From NCBI GenBank assembly GCA_045632345.1, contig JAZQWM010000082.1:26220-90219 (forward strand): a stretch of DNA of 64,000 nt. Reading direction: 5' to 3'. The notes below the pieces were generated by a model. The model did not search any database, was not told the DNA's origin, and saw only the letters and a list, made by a program, of their open reading frames with translations. The position numbers were made by a program, and so were the translations under genes. Of the stretch, positions 1 through 8,733 are shown one piece after another. Numbering within the stretch: position 1 is the stretch's first letter; the number at the start of each line of letters is the position of its first letter. This stretch comes from Eubacteriales bacterium (GTDB lineage: Bacteria; Bacillota; Clostridia; Oscillospirales; CAG-272).

Positions 1-231
1 GTTGCTCTTGGCGTTAAGGTTGGTGAATTTATTGCCGAGAATGTTACTGACACTATGCTTGAAAACATGGGCAGTGAGGAAAACGTGAGCAGCGAAACAG
101 ACAATGCCGAGGTAAACCAAAGCGGCGGTATTGTGTTTGACAAAATTTATGCGGGAGTTCAAATTGAAGGTAACGGAACAAATCCTTTTTTTCTCCGCTA
201 CCGAATCCTACAACCCGGGCATAAATTATGA
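1..231 (+). CDS. partial ORF (frame +1) entering from upstream; probable upstream part of the LRR surface-protein gene, offset by one base at the T7 run 186-192
   Basis: Frame +1 is open from base 1 to TGA 229-231. Removing one T from the run joins ...GNGTNPFF to SATESYNPG... of the 131-1285 frame. The TTG at 131 has no convincing RBS. Confidence 0.5.
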   Translation, partial: VALGVKVGEFIAENVTDTMLENMGSEENVSSETDNAEVNQSGGIVFDKIYAGVQIEGNGTNPFFLRYRILQPGHKL

Positions 232-1285
232 GGTTGGCACAAATGAGCCTATTGAGCTTACCAAGATTGAAAGTATTCAAATCCCATATACAGTAACTCA
301 AATCGGCGAAGAAGCATTTTACGGCTGTGAGGACCTTGCAACTATAAATGCACACGCTTCTCTTTCCGCTATTGGCAAAGACGCGTTTAAGGAAACTGCT
401 TACTATAACAACCCACAAAACTGGGAGGGCGGTCAAGTATTATACCTTGGCAACTACCTTTTAACCGTATCAAGCAACTACACAGGCGAATTTACAGTTA
501 AAGAGGGTACGACAATGGTTGCCGACCAAGCATTCTATCAATGCTCATATATTACAACTGTAAATATGGCAGATACCGTTAAAACAGTTGGCAGCTACGC
601 TTTCTATGGCTGCACAAATCTTACAACCTACAATTTCTCAACCTCAAACACAATTACCTATGCAAACGGCGCATTTGACGGCTGTGTAAGCTTTAAATAT
701 GAAATTTTCTCACCTGACGGAACACTTGTAAATCCTGATGCAAAAGAGGAAGAAACAAGAAATCCAGCTGAATTTGACAAGGTTACAAGCGCGCAATTTT
801 ATGCTATAAAGGAAAATAAGTTCACAAATTACATCGCTGAAACAACGAATAATCAGGATAACTACAAGGAAATGATTTATGTTGATTCAACAAATCGTTT
901 CTACAATTTAATTCAAGATGATAGCATTATAAAGGAAATATGCGCTGATGATTTTGGCACATATATGTATGTAGGCAATAAGCTACATCCAACTATCGCT
1001 GAAATTCCTGATAAAATGGAAATTTTAAGTGAGCTTGAATATGAGCATTTAGAAATTTATGATGCAAAAGCAAAAACATACGCTTACCTTATTGGCGAAG
1101 GTGAAGCAAACAGAATTGAGCTTGGCTTTAAGGATGGCGACAAGCTCGTTTATTTAAAGATTATAATTGATGGCGAGGAAATCACAACATATTTCTACGA
1201 TTTTGGCACAACAAGCATGCCAAACATAGACAAATCTAACCTTGATGATAGCATCACAGTTGATGCAAACGGAAATCCTATTTAA
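131..1285 (+). CDS. BspA-type leucine-rich-repeat cell-surface protein (C-terminal part)
   Basis: Repeated I(P/G)xxVxxIGxxAFxGCxxL units (IGEEAFYGCEDL, VGSYAFYGCTNL, ANGAFDGCVSF) typical of BspA/TpLRR-like LRRs. Confidence 0.7.
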   Translation: MCLTKFMREFKLKVTEQILFFSATESYNPGINYEVGTNEPIELTKIESIQIPYTVTQIGEEAFYGCEDLATINAHASLSAIGKDAFKETAYYNNPQNWEGGQVLYLGNYLLTVSSNYTGEFTVKEGTTMVADQAFYQCSYITTVNMADTVKTVGSYAFYGCTNLTTYNFSTSNTITYANGAFDGCVSFKYEIFSPDGTLVNPDAKEEETRNPAEFDKVTSAQFYAIKENKFTNYIAETTNNQDNYKEMIYVDSTNRFYNLIQDDSIIKEICADDFGTYMYVGNKLHPTIAEIPDKMEILSELEYEHLEIYDAKAKTYAYLIGEGEANRIELGFKDGDKLVYLKIIIDGEEITTYFYDFGTTSMPNIDKSNLDDSITVDANGNPI

Positions 1286-1334
1286 GGAATTCAAACAAAA
1301 TCATTATTTTAAAACAACAATACATAAACACAAA

Positions 1335-1364
1335 ATAGCGAATATGCGTTTGCATATTCGCTAT
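1335..1364 (+). terminator. perfect 13-bp hairpin downstream of the LRR gene
   Basis: atagcgaatatgc-gttt-gcatattcgctat followed by a short T-rich tail. Confidence 0.5.
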
Positions 1365-1380
1365 TTCATATAACAAAAGG

Positions 1381-1412
1381 AGCCAAAGCGCATGTCACCC
1401 TACGCTTTGGCT
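1381..1412 (-). terminator. hairpin downstream of the HNH gene (minus strand)
   Basis: agccaaagcg...cgctttggct 10-bp stem. The minus-strand reading is followed by ccttttgtt. Confidence 0.45.
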
Positions 1413-1445
1413 TTTAGAAATTCAAATTAGATACGATTAATACCG

Positions 1446-2783
1446 TTATTTCTTTTCTAAGTTTTCTTTTACTTTTGTCCAATAATAGTCGTATTCATAC
1501 ACATAACATCCTACGCTATCAGTGCTTATTTTTTGGCTTTCGTTACGATTCTTTTTTGCATCAGTGTTAATTCTTACAAGCTCATTGATTAAAAGCTTAT
1601 CCTTTACATAATAGCCATATCCATTATGCTTATTTTGCGCTTTATAACACTTTAACTCATCAACTTGTGTGTGAGCCTCGCAAAAAATTGTATAACCACC
1701 AATGATTTTTTTGCGAAGGAAATAATACTTCAAATAACTGTTTAATAGCATACAGTCATCTAGCTGCTCTTGAGTCGTAGCATTTGTGGCAAGCCTGATG
1801 CCTGACACTCTTACGGTCATCTTGTAGTTTGAGTAGTAATAATCCTCATATTCCACAGATACGGAGTGTTCTCCAAAAAGCTCCTTGATAAAATCAACAA
1901 TAGCGGCATTTTGTGGTCTTTCAATTTCAATTGTAACTGATCCCCATAAATCCTTTTTATAGCTTTCATAGCATTTTATTCCGGCTGTGGTATCAAAGAA
2001 ATTTATTCCGCGATCTTCACCGCTTTGGTTAGCGGTATCACTAGTTTCGGAGTTGGTTGCGGTGTTTTTCACAACCGCCTTTTCTTTTATCTCGTGATGG
2101 TCGCCAACCTTTACAATTTCAAATTGCTTTCCATTAGCGATAAAAATAGGATAATTATCCGATTTTTCTTTTTCTGTAAGAAGATGAGCGCAAATAAGGT
2201 TGCTTTCTACAGTCTTTCCACCGTGCTTTTTAGGCAAAATGTGAGTAACGGTCCATCCATACTCGCTGCCTGACTGACCATACGCTTGCTTGTCAATTCT
2301 TCTTCCAGAAAAATCCTTTACAACCAAATCCTTGCCGTAGTGCTTTTTCCAAATAGCCATGGCTGTTTTGGTAGTAAGCTCTAAGGTAGGCTCATTGATT
2401 TTAGTCGTATCGCTCTTTGCTGTGTCTTGATTTTTTACAGTTGGTTGATTTTTAACGGTTGGTTTTTCTCTGATTTCATAATGGTTTTCAACCTTTATGA
2501 TTTCAAATTGCTTTTTGTTTGCGGTAAATACAGGATATTTATCCGCCTTTTCATCATTTGTTAGAATATGAGTACAGATAAGGTTGCTCTCGGTATCCTT
2601 TCCACCTCTGCTTTTTGGCAAAATGTGGTCAAGATTCCATCCGAACTCGCTTCCTCGTTGATCGTATGCACCCTTTTCCATTTCTCTACCTGCAAAGTCC
2701 TTTACTCTTGTTGCTTTGCCGTAGCGCTGCTTCCATAGGCGCATTGCGTTTTCTCTGTTAATATCCATTCGTTTTTCTTTCAT
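1446..2783 (-). CDS. tandem double-HNH nuclease-domain protein with an uncharacterised ~200-aa C-terminal domain
   Basis: Two ~110-aa internal repeats each carry an HNH-like motif (GWNLDHILPKSRGGKDTESNLICTHILTNDEK; GWTVTHILPKKHGGKTVESNLICAHLLTEKEK). AAGGAG RBS lies 8 nt upstream of the ATG. Confidence 0.7.
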   Translation of the reverse strand: MKEKRMDINRENAMRLWKQRYGKATRVKDFAGREMEKGAYDQRGSEFGWNLDHILPKSRGGKDTESNLICTHILTNDEKADKYPVFTANKKQFEIIKVENHYEIREKPTVKNQPTVKNQDTAKSDTTKINEPTLELTTKTAMAIWKKHYGKDLVVKDFSGRRIDKQAYGQSGSEYGWTVTHILPKKHGGKTVESNLICAHLLTEKEKSDNYPIFIANGKQFEIVKVGDHHEIKEKAVVKNTATNSETSDTANQSGEDRGINFFDTTAGIKCYESYKKDLWGSVTIEIERPQNAAIVDFIKELFGEHSVSVEYEDYYYSNYKMTVRVSGIRLATNATTQEQLDDCMLLNSYLKYYFLRKKIIGGYTIFCEAHTQVDELKCYKAQNKHNGYGYYVKDKLLINELVRINTDAKKNRNESQKISTDSVGCYVYEYDYYWTKVKENLEKK

Positions 2784-2874
2784 ATAAACTATCTCCTTTA
2801 AATTAAAAATTAAATTGTCTGGGAAATAATCTATATCTAAATGAACCTCCTTTGCAGTCCATTACAAATGCATT

Positions 2875-2953
2875 GACCGACCGTTAGGGTGACCTAATGC
2901 TGTAAGCCTCAAGGGGCAATCCTCATAACAGCGTTCCAGAAGATTTGTCAGTC
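2875..2953 (-). promoter_or_regulatory. unclassified GC-rich structured 5' leader (candidate three-way junction) of the HNH gene
   Basis: Minus-strand pairings: GACUGAC/GUCGGUC (2947-2953 with 2875-2881), GCUGU/ACAGC (2928-2932 with 2899-2903), UUAGG-UCAC-CCUAA (2884-2897). GC content is clearly above the flanks. Confidence 0.3.
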
Positions 2954-2998
2954 GCCTTTAATTAAAAAAGGGGGTAGATTCGTTGTAACTGCATATTT

Positions 2999-3027
2999 AA
3001 TATAACACAATTAAAATAAAAAATCAA
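2999..3027 (-). promoter_or_regulatory. putative sigma-A promoter for the HNH leader
   Basis: Minus strand reads TTGATT-17 nt-TATATT. Confidence 0.4.
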
Positions 3028-3086
3028 GGTTAAATTATGTTTTTTAAACCTTTTATAATTTGCAACTTAGTGTAAAAAACGCCTAT

Positions 3087-3752
3087 TCAGGCTTTTTTCT
3101 TTTCTATTATTCCGTAAGCTATAAAACCAACACAGAAAAGCGTTATCACAGAGCCGATTAAAATACCGCATCTTGCAAAAAATTCAAGGGGTAGTATTAA
3201 AATAATGCCATCGGTGTATGGGTCAAAATAGAAATTTTCCTTGCCCGGAAAGAAAATTCTATGGAAAATTGTAAATGCAATTTCAAAGTCTATTGAGCAT
3301 AGACCAATTATAAGAGCAAAGAAAGCTAGCGCGCTGACTCCACACGTAAACGTGAAATTATAGCCACAGGGACGGCAAATTGTGATTTTTTTCTTTTTGT
3401 GCAATATAAAAATCGTAACAACAACCACTAGCGAAATAAAAAACGCGGCAAGATTTAAATTAAAGAGATTTTTGCAATCCTTGAAATGACTTTTTCCGCT
3501 TTCGCTATACTGAAAAACGCCTGTTGAAAACTCTCTATTTGGCATTGTTAGATAATCTAAAAGTAAATCATATGCTTCCTTAATTTCCTCTTTTGTGTGC
3601 CATGTGTCCGCCTCTACGCCTAAATTATTAATTTGCATATAGTAAAACGGGCGAAAATATATAGGTAGCCCTATGGAAAATGTAATAACTAAAATTATCA
3701 AAAATACGCTTAAAATTGCTGTTAAAAGCTTGTTTAACGCAGTTTTTCTCAT
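3087..3752 (-). CDS. TIGR01906-like integral membrane protein
   Basis: N-terminal TM helix, soluble middle, C-terminal multi-TM region. The overall pattern resembles the TIGR01906/DUF1461 family. AGGGAG RBS. Confidence 0.55.
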   Translation of the reverse strand: MRKTALNKLLTAILSVFLIILVITFSIGLPIYFRPFYYMQINNLGVEADTWHTKEEIKEAYDLLLDYLTMPNREFSTGVFQYSESGKSHFKDCKNLFNLNLAAFFISLVVVVTIFILHKKKKITICRPCGYNFTFTCGVSALAFFALIIGLCSIDFEIAFTIFHRIFFPGKENFYFDPYTDGIILILPLEFFARCGILIGSVITLFCVGFIAYGIIEKKKA

Positions 3753-3997
3753 AGCATGCTCCCTTCATATTTTATATTCAATATTATAATGTAGCCGCCT
3801 GCGTTTGTCAAGAGGCACGCATTTTTTACCGCTTACGCCAAAAATTAACCGCTTGTGCCAAAGGTATTGCATTTTGCTTCTATTATAGTAAAATAAAATT
3901 GTAAAGAATTTTTAATCTAATCTTGCTGATAGCTTACTGCTGGCGGCTAAGATAAAAAGGAGAGAAAAATGAAAAGATTATTTCTATTTTATTAGTA

Positions 3998-6109
3998 TTG
4001 TTAATGCTTGCTTCTGTTTCATCATTGCTTATTAGCTGCAAGACTAAAATTGACAGCGGAAAAGAGGAGGCAAAGCTGCTTTTAGCAAATGAAAGACTTG
4101 ATGAAAAGGTGCTTGCGAAAATTGATTTAGGCATGGACGGAACACAGGTTGCCAACCTAAATTCAGGCACACCGTTAAAGCTATCAAGCGATAGCCAATA
4201 TATGCGCTTATCAGACACCTTTGGCGTTCATTACACTTGGACGGAGTTTGAGCAGCATTCACACTCAATGGTTGAGTTTACACAGTTTATGAAATCCATT
4301 GAGCATCACGTTGAGGGGGCTGCAAGCGACATTGAAAGAATGAAAAATAGCATTGGCGTTACTGACAAGTGGGTTGATAGCGGCATAATTTCAAATGAGG
4401 AGCTTATGCTTCGCGTTTACGAAAACATGGATATGCTTTTAGTGAAGCAGCTTGAGCATAACGCTCTTGATATTTGCATACGCTACACAAACGAAAGCGC
4501 CAAGGACGTGTACGAAATTTACAGCTACTACAAATACACCGACGGCTCAACTGCAAGAATGAAGCTTGTTTATATTCCTGGCGAAAGGTACGAATGGTCA
4601 AGCCAGCATTCAACAGGCTTTGGCGATTACTTTATTGCGGAAAACAGCCGCGGATATTGGATAGCCACAAGATACGGCTTTAATGAAATGAACGCTAGCT
4701 TTACTCCGCTTATTATCAAGGACGGTCTTGGATACGGCGGATACGTTGATATAAACGCACCTTTCCACGACAGAGACGAATCAAGCATTGTAATCGGTGC
4801 GTACTCTGTTTTTGACCCTATAAATAACCGTGAGCTATTCCGTGTATATAAGACAGATTCAATGGCGGACATTGAGGTGTACTTCACAGCGATTAAGAGT
4901 GGATTTGTGTCCGTTTCAACCGACGATGCTTCATACGATGCAGAGGATAAAGTATATCAAACTGCTGTCCTTAATAAATTGGTTACGAAAAACGGTGAAT
5001 ATATAGCAGACGATTCAGATACCAGCTTAGGCAATTTTACGTTTAGCGGTGGCTACGTTCAGCACTACTACGGCGATAATTTTGACTACGGCAATATTAG
5101 ATTTACAATAAATTATGAGGACGGCAAGGACTTAAACGATTACGTTTTAGGCTTTGACGATTACTTAAAGTCATTAGGTCTTGAGCTTTACTGCAACATG
5201 GAAACGGTAAAGAAATCTCTTTACCACGGAGAGCTGTACTGTCAAGAATTTGACACCGCTTTTGAATGGAACGGGATTAAAATGTCAAGCTTTGAAAACG
5301 CGCTAAAAGCAAAGCAGATATTCCTTGACGCTACGGAAACAGCTCTTGGCTACTACGAAGAGGTTAAAGACTATCCAAAAACCAACACAAAGCAAAAGCT
5401 TTCAAGTGATGCCGATTTTGCAGATATTGATAATATCGTAATGGGCGAAAATACGTATTCAAACGGTGTTATTTCCGTTTCAAACGTTGGAATTTCCATA
5501 ACAGACACCGCCCTTTTTGAAAACGGACTTGAATACGTATTAAAGCTCGGTCTTGCTCTTTGTGATGAAAGCGGTAATCCGATTAGTGTTAACACGGTTG
5601 CCTTAAAGAGCGAAAATGAAAGCCCAATTTCATACACAGATGGCGACATAATGCTTACCGCAAGCGGAAATTACGTTGTGCCGAAAAATCTTGCAGAGGG
5701 CGATTACGTTTTAGTTGTGTATGCTGCCGACACAGACGGAATACGCGTGAGCAAAATGGAAAAGCTTGCATTTGTGCCAATAGATGAGGGCAAGCTCGAT
5801 TCAAGTGCTATGGATATTGAAATTTCAAGGATAAACGACAATTTCCATGCAACGTACACTATTAAAAATACACGCTACATTGAGTTGGCTGCCACAAAGG
5901 ACACATACTCCTATGAGGAAGTAAGACGTGTAATTATGCAAGAGGTTTTAGCATACGGCTATCCTGACAGCACTGCGGTATTGGAATATGAAAACGGAAG
6001 TGCGGTCGAGAAAAACGCTTCCCTTGGCAAAGGTACTTACCGAATGGTTGCATATTTCCCAACAAGCGATGGCATTGCACAAAGCTATGTGTATCTAACA
6101 ATAAAATGA
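3998..6109 (+). CDS. lipoprotein of unknown function (probable true start ATG 3969, out of frame by one base)
   Basis: Lipobox LLISC at the ORF N-terminus. ATG 3969 has a strong AGGAG RBS but hits TAG after 8 codons. One extra T in the T4 run 3987-3990 would give MKRLFLFLLVLLMLASVSSLLISC. Confidence 0.75.
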   Translation: MLMLASVSSLLISCKTKIDSGKEEAKLLLANERLDEKVLAKIDLGMDGTQVANLNSGTPLKLSSDSQYMRLSDTFGVHYTWTEFEQHSHSMVEFTQFMKSIEHHVEGAASDIERMKNSIGVTDKWVDSGIISNEELMLRVYENMDMLLVKQLEHNALDICIRYTNESAKDVYEIYSYYKYTDGSTARMKLVYIPGERYEWSSQHSTGFGDYFIAENSRGYWIATRYGFNEMNASFTPLIIKDGLGYGGYVDINAPFHDRDESSIVIGAYSVFDPINNRELFRVYKTDSMADIEVYFTAIKSGFVSVSTDDASYDAEDKVYQTAVLNKLVTKNGEYIADDSDTSLGNFTFSGGYVQHYYGDNFDYGNIRFTINYEDGKDLNDYVLGFDDYLKSLGLELYCNMETVKKSLYHGELYCQEFDTAFEWNGIKMSSFENALKAKQIFLDATETALGYYEEVKDYPKTNTKQKLSSDADFADIDNIVMGENTYSNGVISVSNVGISITDTALFENGLEYVLKLGLALCDESGNPISVNTVALKSENESPISYTDGDIMLTASGNYVVPKNLAEGDYVLVVYAADTDGIRVSKMEKLAFVPIDEGKLDSSAMDIEISRINDNFHATYTIKNTRYIELAATKDTYSYEEVRRVIMQEVLAYGYPDSTAVLEYENGSAVEKNASLGKGTYRMVAYFPTSDGIAQSYVYLTIK

Positions 6110-6110
6110 T

Positions 6111-6139
6111 AAAAAGCTCCACCAAGTGTGGAGCTTTTA
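6111..6139 (+). terminator. rho-independent terminator of the lipoprotein gene
   Basis: agctccac-caagt-gtggagct followed by TTTT. Confidence 0.8.
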
Positions 6140-6174
6140 CTATTTTAGCGGTTGGTGGCTGGTGGCTGAGTATG

Positions 6175-6280
6175 TCTGCTTCGCAGAGCGATATAACCGA
6201 ATACATTCGGTAGCGATATGCTTTCGCCAAACGAAAGCACGATATTCCGCCTAAGGCGGAGCGATATGCACCTTCGGTGC
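6175..6280. repeat. mini-hairpin array A1 (five hairpins joined by GCGATAT-type linkers)
   Basis: tctgcttcgcaga-GCGATAT-aaccgaatacattcggt-aGCGATAT-gctttcgccaaacgaaagc-aCGATAT-tccgcctaaggcgga-GCGATAT-gcaccttcggtgc. Colinear with 15538-15666. Confidence 0.9.
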
Positions 6281-6364
6281 GTGCTGACCACTGACATAGC
6301 CTCCCTTGTGTAAAGGGAGGGGGACCACGAAGGTGGTGGAAGGATTGTCCTTTCACTGACAACT

Positions 6365-6396
6365 AAAAAAATCCACGGATTGCTCCGTGGATTTTT
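6365..6396 (-). terminator. bidirectional rho-independent terminator (serves the minus-strand gene ending at 6400)
   Basis: A-run, tccacgga-ttgc-tccgtgga, T-run. The hairpin core cacggattgctccgtg recurs at 15427-15456. Confidence 0.85.
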
Positions 6397-6399
6397 GTA

Positions 6400-8733
6400 T
6401 TATTTCTTAATCTTGTACGTTACGTGTACTGCGTTACCGCCTGTTAAGAGAATCATCTCAACTGCTGTCTTTGAGAAGTCGCCAGCCTTAACGATAAGTG
6501 GCTTATTAAGTGTTCCTCTTGCAAGAACCTTAACCGTCTTTGCTCTCTTATCAATAAGCTTCTTTTCCTTCATTGAAGCAAGGTTAACAATATCGTGAGC
6601 CTCGAATGCATCAGATAACGTATCAACGTTAACGATCGCTTTCTTTGTATCCTTAGCGCTAACGTACTCAACGCCTTCCTCTACGTGAACGTCGATATGT
6701 TGTTCCTCAGCGATTTGGTCTGCATCCTCTGCGCTGATTTCTTCAACGATAACCTCGTGCTCCTCGTAAACCTCTTCGATTACTTCTTCTTCGATTACTT
6801 CTTCGATAATTTCAACAGGAGCTTCCTCGATAACTTCCTCGGCCACCTCTGGGGCTACCTCTGGGGCTACCTCTTCGATAATTTCAACAGGAACTTCCTC
6901 AGCTACCTCTTCTACCACCTCAGGAACAGCCTCTTCAACTACTTCCTCGTTAGGTACTTCAGCAACTAATGCTTCTTCCTCAGTTACCTCTTCAACCGGC
7001 TTTGTTGATTTAACTATGATTGCATCATCAGGAATTAAGAGCTTAATTAAGCCACGCTCGATAAGTGGAGCATTTTCCTCATATGGATACATTGCAATAT
7101 AGTCAACTTCCTTAGCCTTTGGTTTTGTTTCAATTTCAAACTTAGCCATTACGATGTCAACAAGCTCCTTAGCCTTTCTAAGACCTAAGCCGCTCTTAAC
7201 CTTAACAAGCATTGGAACGTCTGCGAAGATTTTTGCATCGATTGCTTCGTGGTGATACTTGGACTTGTCAAATTCGTTAGGATCAAGGTTGCAGTAGAGA
7301 CAAATTGTCTTACCTCTTAGCTTCATCTTGAAGAGCTGATCTCTACCTCTGTTGTAGCTATCAAACTTCCAGCTAATTCTTGACTTAACGCCCTTGAATG
7401 ATAAAATGTAATTCTTTAATTCATTGTAATAACCCTTAACTGTGTCATCACTTTGAATGATGTTAGCAGTAATGCTACGGCTGAGCTTAATGTCAAGCTT
7501 GTTGCCGTCCTTATCAAAGTATGTAGGAACAACTACTGTGTTAGCTTCATCGGAAACCTCAACTACCTCCGGAGCTGGCTCCTCAGCCACTTCCTCGATA
7601 ATCTCAACAGGAGCTTCCTCGACAACCTCTTCAATAACCTCAACAGGTACTTCCTCAACTACTTCCTCAACTACTTCCTCAACCACCTCTGGGGCTACCT
7701 CTTCAGCTGCAGGGATTGGTTCTTCAACAACCTCAACAACCTCTTCAATAGCTTCCTCAGCAGTCTTTTCGGATTCTTCCTCAGCTACCTCTTCGATAAT
7801 TTCAACAGGAACTTCAGGGGCTACTTCCTCGGCTACCTCTTCGATAATTTCAACAGGTACTTCTTCAACAACCTCTGGGGCTACCTCTTCAACAACATCT
7901 TCAACTACCTTCTCAACAGGAGCCTCTGCTTCGAGAACGCCGCGTGAGAATAATTGAATTGTAAAGATAGATTCAGCGCCACTCTTATCAAGAATGATTT
8001 CGCCGTCCTTCTTAAAGCCCCAGCCTAAGAAGTTGTCATACTGCTCGTTTTCTTCAGGTAAAGAAAGCTTTAAGTAGTGTGATTCCTTATAGATATTTTT
8101 GTTAGCTACGCTGTCTGTAAAGAGAAGGTCAACGATAGCCTCGCTATTTGTTGGTACACCCGCTTGGCTAACTGGGCTTTCTTCAAATATTGGATAAAGA
8201 TTAATTACAAATGTTGCTTCAACGTCTTCCTTGGTGAGAATTGGCGCTTCATCAGGTGCAAAGCCCCAGCCATCAATTTCAACACCGTCGATTTGCTCAT
8301 CAGGAAGCTTTGTGTTAAGAACGAAGAATTCCTTCTTAACTGCTATATCCTCATCAGCGTCCATGTAATTAAACTCGATAGAAACTGCACTATTTGTTTC
8401 AACGTCCTCCCAAATTGTGTAAAGAGTTGTTGAACGAACTAAACAAAAAACAGAGTTTTCAATAGGCTTGGATTTACCAAGAACCTTTGACCAACCGATA
8501 AGCTTCTTGCCACTCTTTGCAGAGCCGTGGAGCTTAACCTTTTTGAAAAGCGGATGCTTTTCTGTGTGGATAACTACGTCGCCTTCTGTATCCACGTAAG
8601 TAATTGTTGGGCGAACTGTTAAAAGAACGATGCCCATTGTAAGAGCAATAACGGCAACAACGGCGAATAACCATGGGTTAACGTCGAAGATTGAAAGTGT
8701 TACTGCTTGGTTTAACAAACAAGTAAAATTCAT
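6400..8733 (-). CDS. membrane-anchored protein with InlB-B-like repeats, two acidic E/V/P low-complexity regions and a uL15-like C-terminal domain
   Basis: GGAGG RBS 7 nt before ATG 8733 (the track start 8787 is less likely). N-terminal TM helix. GW...TLYxIW-type repeats. C-terminus KVLARGTLNKPLIVKAGDFSKTAVEMILLTGGNAV resembles the ribosomal protein L15 C-terminus. Confidence 0.75.
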   Translation of the reverse strand: MNFTCLLNQAVTLSIFDVNPWLFAVVAVIALTMGIVLLTVRPTITYVDTEGDVVIHTEKHPLFKKVKLHGSAKSGKKLIGWSKVLGKSKPIENSVFCLVRSTTLYTIWEDVETNSAVSIEFNYMDADEDIAVKKEFFVLNTKLPDEQIDGVEIDGWGFAPDEAPILTKEDVEATFVINLYPIFEESPVSQAGVPTNSEAIVDLLFTDSVANKNIYKESHYLKLSLPEENEQYDNFLGWGFKKDGEIILDKSGAESIFTIQLFSRGVLEAEAPVEKVVEDVVEEVAPEVVEEVPVEIIEEVAEEVAPEVPVEIIEEVAEEESEKTAEEAIEEVVEVVEEPIPAAEEVAPEVVEEVVEEVVEEVPVEVIEEVVEEAPVEIIEEVAEEPAPEVVEVSDEANTVVVPTYFDKDGNKLDIKLSRSITANIIQSDDTVKGYYNELKNYILSFKGVKSRISWKFDSYNRGRDQLFKMKLRGKTICLYCNLDPNEFDKSKYHHEAIDAKIFADVPMLVKVKSGLGLRKAKELVDIVMAKFEIETKPKAKEVDYIAMYPYEENAPLIERGLIKLLIPDDAIIVKSTKPVEEVTEEEALVAEVPNEEVVEEAVPEVVEEVAEEVPVEIIEEVAPEVAPEVAEEVIEEAPVEIIEEVIEEEVIEEVYEEHEVIVEEISAEDADQIAEEQHIDVHVEEGVEYVSAKDTKKAIVNVDTLSDAFEAHDIVNLASMKEKKLIDKRAKTVKVLARGTLNKPLIVKAGDFSKTAVEMILLTGGNAVHVTYKIKK
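6700..7000. repeat. in-frame degenerate tandem repeats encoding (E-E-V-x) acidic tract 1
   Basis: Repeated gaagaagt/ctcttcgataatttcaacagg units. They generate spurious antisense ORFs. Confidence 0.8.
7550..7940. repeat. in-frame degenerate tandem repeats encoding acidic tract 2
   Basis: Same unit family as 6700-7000 (ctcttcgataatttcaacagg occurs in both tracts). Confidence 0.8.

Noticed and set aside
1446-2960. HNH gene + structured upstream RNA as an IscB/omega-RNA (HEARO) or Cas9-like module
   Set aside because: The protein has no RuvC-like motifs or bridge helix and is built from two HNH repeats. The RNA lies 5' of the gene within its own leader and shows no guide-like or transposon-end features.
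5934-6362. Minus-strand ORF 5934-6362 and ORF 33061-33249, which share the peptide ARTEGAY
   Set aside because: The shared peptide is only the translation of the repeated hairpin modules (gcaccttcggtgc etc.). The ORFs overlap terminators and the 3' end of a real gene and have no RBS.
6685-7957. Plus-strand ORFs 6685-6969, 7453-7947 and 7457-7957 (Ser/Thr- or Phe/Asn/Leu-rich)
   Set aside because: They are antisense read-throughs of the GAA/GTT-rich acidic repeats of the 6400-8733 gene. They are low complexity, lack an RBS and are fully contained in a well-supported gene.
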